Under the pieces are notes generated by a model. The model ran no database searches. It had not been told where the DNA came from and was given only the letters and a program-made list of their open reading frames with translations. Both the position numbers and the translations under genes were made by a program. A DNA stretch of 64,000 bases from Centroscyllium fabricii (lineage: Eukaryota). Where the stretch lies: NCBI GenBank assembly GCA_051313645.2, contig JBNRSN020000003.1, positions 506,230,001 through 506,294,000 on the forward strand, read 5' to 3'. Shown in pieces: positions 58,034 through 64,000 of this stretch (positions are counted from its first letter, which is position 1; every line of letters begins with the position of its first letter).

Positions 58034-59231
58034 AACTGATTTTTTCTCCTTCCCTAACCAAGAGACAACAAGGCTGACTGTAATCACAACACCACCATCC
58101 AGACTGAGAACAGCTAAATCAAGGATCGAACCCAGCACCTTTCCAGTCTGGATGTTTGAGTCAAGTCACACTGCACCATCCGGGGAGGTCCCTTTCACAC
58201 TACTTCAATGACTGGTGTCAACTCTTGGGGAGATTATTCATACTTTTTCCAATATAGAGAAAAAACCCATTGAGAGTGTAAATCCAAACCGCAGTTTTCA
58301 AAACTATTAGATCTGCAACTGATCCAACAACATGAGACTGTTAGACACGAGTCAAGCAAAGGATTCTTACACTCGAGTATTAATTAAAACACCCTCTGTG
58401 TACAGTACCCAATAGTTACAGGTCCTGGAAGTCAAAGGTTCCTTTCTAACCAGGACAGCCTCATTTCCTTTCATTTTACCACACCACAATTCAGAATTCA
58501 GGAGCACACAAGATCTTATTCATGTGCGCAATATCAATGAGCTCCCTTTATATTTTACACTTACAGCACAAAGTAAAATATGCACAGATGCAAGTGGGGA
58601 TTCTGCAGCGTAAGGCTCATCACAAAACAGAGCATGAAGTGTTCCTAATCATAACATAAGGGCGTGTGTAACCTTTTTGAATGAAGACTGAGACTCCATG
58701 AAGAGCCTGCCTGTTCTCAATGACTGGCTTTGAGCACAAGCCTGTTTGTCAACTGAAGCTCGCCGAGTTCAACGTCTCATTTGTACCCATTCCAACCAGT
58801 TAAGAACTAGCCTATTTCTTCAAAAAGGAGATTTGATTGTACCTCTCATCCACTTGGGCTTTAATTCTAAAGCCCAGCATCTTAACTTGAGGCTATCGCT
58901 GCACCAATTATTCCATTATAACCATTTTAATCTTAAATTATTTCAAAATATGCAATTTTTTTCTTAAGTTTAAAATATAGAATAAAAGATTTGTAAAACT
59001 AATTAGGACAGGGAGTAGCTGAGCCATTCAGTTCTGAGGGAGGGTTTATATCTGAAGCATCAACTGTCTTTCGGTCTTTTCTCGATCGACGCTGCCTGGC
59101 CTGCGGAGTTTCTCCAGCGCTTTCTGCTTTTGTTTCAGACCAAGGGGGCCCCAGGTTCAAAATGGCAGGTGCTGAATTAACGCATCTCCGCCGGGGTCAC
59201 CACAATTGGACTCATTGTCTGGATTAGAGTG

Positions 59232-60062
59232 CCATCATCACACGTGAGGACACAACACACCAGGTACATGGTACATACTCATGTAACTCAATCAATGTTG
59301 TCTACCTCATACATTGCAGGAAAGGATGCCCCGGGGCATGGTACATCGGCGAGACCATGCAGACACTACGACAACAGTTGAACGGGCACCACGCAACAAT
59401 CGCCAGGCAGGAGTGTTCCCTCCCAGTCGGGGAACATTTCAGCGGTCAAGGACATTCAGCTTCCGATCTTTGGGTGAGCATTCTCCAGGGTGGCCTTCGA
59501 GATACACGACAACGCAAAATCGTCGAGCAGAGGCTGATAGCCAAGTTCCGCACCCATGAGCACGCCCTCAACCGTGATATTGGGTTTATGTCATGCTACA
59601 TGTGACCCCGCCTGACGTAGAGTCATCCAGACTCGAACCATCTTCGGCTTGTTCTGCGATTTTAAGTAAGAAAAATCCTGTTTTTTAAAAAATCATGATG
59701 TGGGATTTAAAGCAGACTAACATTTGACCCTTTGTGACTGCAACCTTTGATATGTTGGAAAATCTTTGACTGCTTTTATGTCCCTCAGCTGAGGTGTGAT
59801 GTGAAACAACTGGAGAGACCACATTGTTATCTCTCTCTATATATGCTATGTTTAAATGTAACACTTAAAATATGTTAATAAGCCTTTGGGTGTCTAGCTC
59901 TATGGAGGTGAGATGTGGGAGATATCAGATTTCTCTCTTCATCGCACATGTGCGTTCTTTAAGTCAGTTTCTCTTTCACCTGAGGAAGGAGCAGACGCTC
60001 CGAAAGCTTGTGATTTAAAATAAAACCGTTGGACTATAATCTGGATTTGTGTGACTTCTTGC
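59232..60062 (+). mobile_element. Penelope family A 3' fragment (GIY-YIG + pLTR)
   Basis: Matches 17690-18500; 9-bp TSD ATTAGAGTG. Confidence 0.85.
59976..60013 (+). ncRNA. Minimal hammerhead ribozyme (Penelope family A)
   Basis: TCAC-CTGAGGA-A-GGAGC-agac-GCTCC-GAAA-GCTT-GTGA. Confidence 0.75.
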
Positions 60063-60953
60063 ATTAGAGTGGGAAGAGGCAAGAAAGAAACAAATGAAAC
60101 TGCTTGGGTGAGGAGAGGATCAGGCTTGGCTGTGATGCCCATTCATGGAAATCTAGCCTGGCACTCATCGTGTGGCTTCAACAGCAACAACAACTTCTAT
60201 TTATATAGCACCTTTAATGTTATAGAACATCCCTCGCTTCACACAAAGAATGGCTACTCAGGTGAAATACTGAGGGCACATTGCACCCATGGAACTGTGT
60301 CACAACAAGGAATCAGCATGTTCAATGGAAGAGGCGGGGGCAGGGGGAGGGGGGTGGAGGGGGAGGGGAAGCGATTTGGTATAAAAATTGAGCACAAAAG
60401 GTCATAAAAAGCCAAAGCGCATTCTATTATAAACAAATAAAGCTGCAAGTACTTTTGGGCTTGCTTCAGAATTACTGTTGCAACCCTCAAACAATGACAT
60501 GGCCGAGATACCGGACACATAAAATAACCACCTTCCATCTACTTTCACTTTCTACGCATTTCTCACAGAATATTAAAGAATGAAATGTCATCCACCCACG
60601 ATATAACCATAAACCATTTCCTTTTGTTCACACTAGGACTGGTCAGAGAGCAGCATCAATTAATTGCATCTAAATTGATCATTTTTTCCAGCATCTGCAA
60701 CCTCTGCAGACTTATGGCTGACAAAAGGCAGGGTTTTTTTTTGTTTGTTTTTTTAAATGGCACAGTTTAATCATTTCCACCCCATTATTATCTAAAATCA
60801 AGATAGATATGTTACATGAACAGCCCAGATCCAACATGGTCCTACTGAATTTCACACGAGGCACTTTTCCATTACTGTAAAAATATGTATGTCTAACACA
60901 CACTTGAGTTTCAAGTTCATTTCCCCAAAGTGAAATGGTGCATGTTATACACC

Positions 60954-61031
60954 AATGCAAGAAGTCACACAACACCAGATTATAGTCCAACGGTTTTATT
61001 TTAAATCACAAGCTTTCGGAGCGCTGCTCCT
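60954..61031 (-). mobile_element. Penelope family A pLTR remnant
   Basis: Reverse pLTR with half a hammerhead; TACACCAA on both sides. Confidence 0.65.
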
Positions 61032-61615
61032 TACACCAAAATCATTTTAAGTTCTTCTAGCATATATCTGGATTTTGGGAGCCATTTTTCAATGTAACAG
61101 TGTACCAGAAAGGGGCAGCATCTTGTACTATACTCAATAGTACCACAAATTCAATATTGATTGATCTTTAGTAGATCAATGGTATGGTCACCACAATTGA
61201 CTACAATATCCCACAATAGGAAGAGAGGGGAAAAATCCTATTTCCAACAATTGCATTTATACAGCACTCCCAATGTGAAAAAACAACTCAAGGCTGTTTC
61301 ACAGGGAGATGAACAATGAGCAGTAAAGAGAGCAATTGGGAAGGAGAAGGGAAGAACACCCCAATGGTACAGTCAAAGATTCTTTTTTTAAAAGAGGCTT
61401 TTTATGCAAGGAGGGAAGGTAAAGTGGTTTTATACAGTATTTCTGGAAACAGGGATATAGTAATTGAAAGACCAGTCTCTGTTTTTGGAGCAGAAGGGAT
61501 GGGGATATGGCTGGAGAAGATTGCTCAGATCGGGTGGAGTGGGGGGGGGGGGGGAGCAATTTGAAGGATTTAGAGGTTGATTTGCTGAGTCACAGGGAGG
61601 AGTGTGCAGAACTGT

Positions 61616-63417
61616 TGTAAAGGTCGCAATTTACCACGATTCAAAAACGACAGGAGACAGCCAGTTTAATTAGACACTTTATTGGACAAAATGGCTGCAA
61701 CACAGAAAAGGGCTGCGGCTTGTTGAAAGAGAGAGAAAGAGGGGCCCCTAAGATGGCCACCAGACTCCGTGACAAACCGACCAGAACTTTCGAGACATCT
61801 TCTGAATAACTTAACTGCCGTCCAGACAAACATTATGTATGAGCCCTGCGAAAGCCCGCGAAAACTAGCTAGCACCCAGACATGGAGGCGCCGAGGAATA
61901 ACACTTGTTGGAAGATCCAACAAGCCCTCCCCGAAACCGATTGACTGGGCCCGTTTAGCCAGACAATAAAGAACACCTTTTAACAGGTTTAAATATGACA
62001 CTGCCAGATACCGATTGACTGACCCAGATAGTCAGACTTAAGATTGAACAGCAAAACCATCGGTACGCCATTTACATAATTTCCCGACAAAGGAAAACAT
62101 TTCACAGATAGTTAAGGCCGTTCTCGGGCCATCCCGGAACAGGTTAACCAGACAACAGAGGCATCCGAGCCATTTATTCTCACAAAAGATTTCACGATTT
62201 GGGCGGGAGATAAGCCCACAGTTTCATACTATAACAATAAGACATGTTGTACTTTTGGATATCTTCAGAGAGAGACCTTTTACTGAGAGATACTGGTGCG
62301 ACACTTCTGCTAGTTATCCAGCTCTTGCTGGCTGAAGGCACGGTACTGTTCTGTACGGAAGAGCAGGTACTGGAGAGTGCGGGATGGTAGAGTTGGGCCC
62401 GAGCGGCGACTGCTGCAGAGTAAAGTTAGTTGCCTGCTAGCGGAGAGTCGGGTGCTAAGTCGGCGAAAGACGGTACCGGCTGCTGAGGACTGTTGAGCAT
62501 CGGGCAGAGTTGAGGCATAGTGCGGGAGGTACTGTAAGTGCTGAAGGAACTAATCGAGGCACTGGAGGTATTGGAGGTCCTCAAAGATTGGGCACGGAAC
62601 CCATAGTTCGGCAGTCAAGTCGAGTTTAGAACGGGCAGCACAGCCCGGGAGAGACAGTCGGACAAACGATAAGAAAGGCAGTCAGTCACAGATCGGCTCG
62701 AGAGTGCAGGACCGGCTCACCACAGGGCCCGGTTCAGCCAGGAAGACAGTGCGGTTCAGCGCACGGTACGGCAGGCAGTGGAACGTTGAAGAGAGGTAGA
62801 GAGATCTTGAGAGACCCGCCCAGGGCCAGCCCGAGCAGAGCCAGCCGCCGCCGAGAGGGAGACGTAAACAAGTGAGCTCCCAAATCTTCCACAGCCACGT
62901 GACAACCAGCACTGCAGCGGAAAAGCACGAACCTCGTAGCAGACCCCGAGTTTAACCGAGTGGTGAGCATGTTCTCCGATCCTACACACCTGGACATAGT
63001 TTAGGCAATAGAGGGGAGGGTGGGTTTTATAGGGTAACCAATAGAGTGTTGACCCCTTTTTCGATGTGTCGTGTGTTCCCCATTTTGTAAGAATAATAGT
63101 GTGTGTTAGATATATTTATATACATATATTTATATTTGATACTGCCGTTTGAGTATAGGACGTGTATGTCCTATGGTGATGATGTGTTTTGATATGCTGT
63201 CTGCTATAATAAAGATCCATTTGAACTTTTACCAAAGCCGAGTTTGAACGAGTCCAGTCTCTGCATTACTCTTTCCTGCATCTAAGTCCAGCGTATAGAA
63301 TCGTAAGGGCGAGTGGGTCGAACCACTCACGGGTGATCATTGCGCGAGGCCTGGCCGGTGGCTAGAGCAAGGCAATAGGACCATAGGTCGCGTAAAGCAC
63401 GGCGCAAACCCCTTACA
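61616..63417 (+). mobile_element. Solo LTR (1802 bp), divergent relative of the 34438 element
   Basis: TGTAAAGGTCGCAAT..CCTTACA; 4-bp TSD CTGT; colinear conserved blocks with 34438-36146. Confidence 0.9.
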
Positions 63418-64000
63418 CTGTGTGTGGAAGAGAGCTCGGCAGAAAGTTCTGGATTAGCTGAATTTTGGGAAGGATAGGTGGAAGTACGGATACTGGCAAG
63501 AAAAGCATCTGAAAAAAGCAATTTTTGAAGTGCTGAAGGCACAATTAGGGTTTCAGCCTATTCCGTCTGGAGGAGGGAAGCAGGAACTTGGGTGAGCAAT
63601 GTTCTAGAAGTACAAGGATGTGGTATGACAACAGACCAGATGTGGAGCAAAAAAAATTCACCTCAGTGTCCAGGGAATGCTGAAGCTGCAGAACACCAGA
63701 CTCAGCCCGAGCGGACAGCCGGGGAAAGTGATGGCGGGAGAGCCAGAGGCACATCGGATTCACAAAAGCAGAAATGGTTAGGTTCAGATTTACCATGCTG
63801 TGCCACAAGAAGCAACCTCAAATATATACAAATCAATTTAAATTGAAAATCTATTACAAATATTGGAGAGAGGGTAGATCATGGGCAACCATGCATTTTG
63901 GTAAATATCTCATGTGATGCCACCATAAGGCATTTATGCAGTCATAGAAATACTTGTACATCAAAATATGCCCTCTATTTATAACATGTCCCCTATTAAT

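Overview
Repeat-dense eukaryotic DNA, almost certainly from a cartilaginous fish (elasmobranch). The evidence is an HE1-type V-SINE with a CR1 tail, abundant CR1 and L2 LINEs, and two Penelope families. No host protein-coding gene is recognisable. The window holds four LTR retroelements with TSDs and one solo LTR: a decayed Mag-like Gypsy (8433-14045), an unusual retrovirus-like element with 1.7-kb LTRs (34438-42288, related solo LTR 61616-63417), a young GC-rich CsRn1-clade Gypsy (48479-53280), and a Gypsy with no tRNA primer site (53312-57745). It also holds several CR1 copies (two with long intact RT ORFs), Penelope elements carrying minimal hammerhead ribozymes, and many Harbinger-like and Tc1/pogo-like MITEs. 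The most notable signal is the long-LTR element. It has a tRNA-Arg PBS, a UGA-CUA gag-pol readthrough junction, a retroviral-type RNase H remnant, two frame-preserving deletions that remove RT and the integrase core, and a covarying cloverleaf RNA structure at the LTR 3' end. All comparisons were made by eye; family names come from recalled motifs, not database searches.
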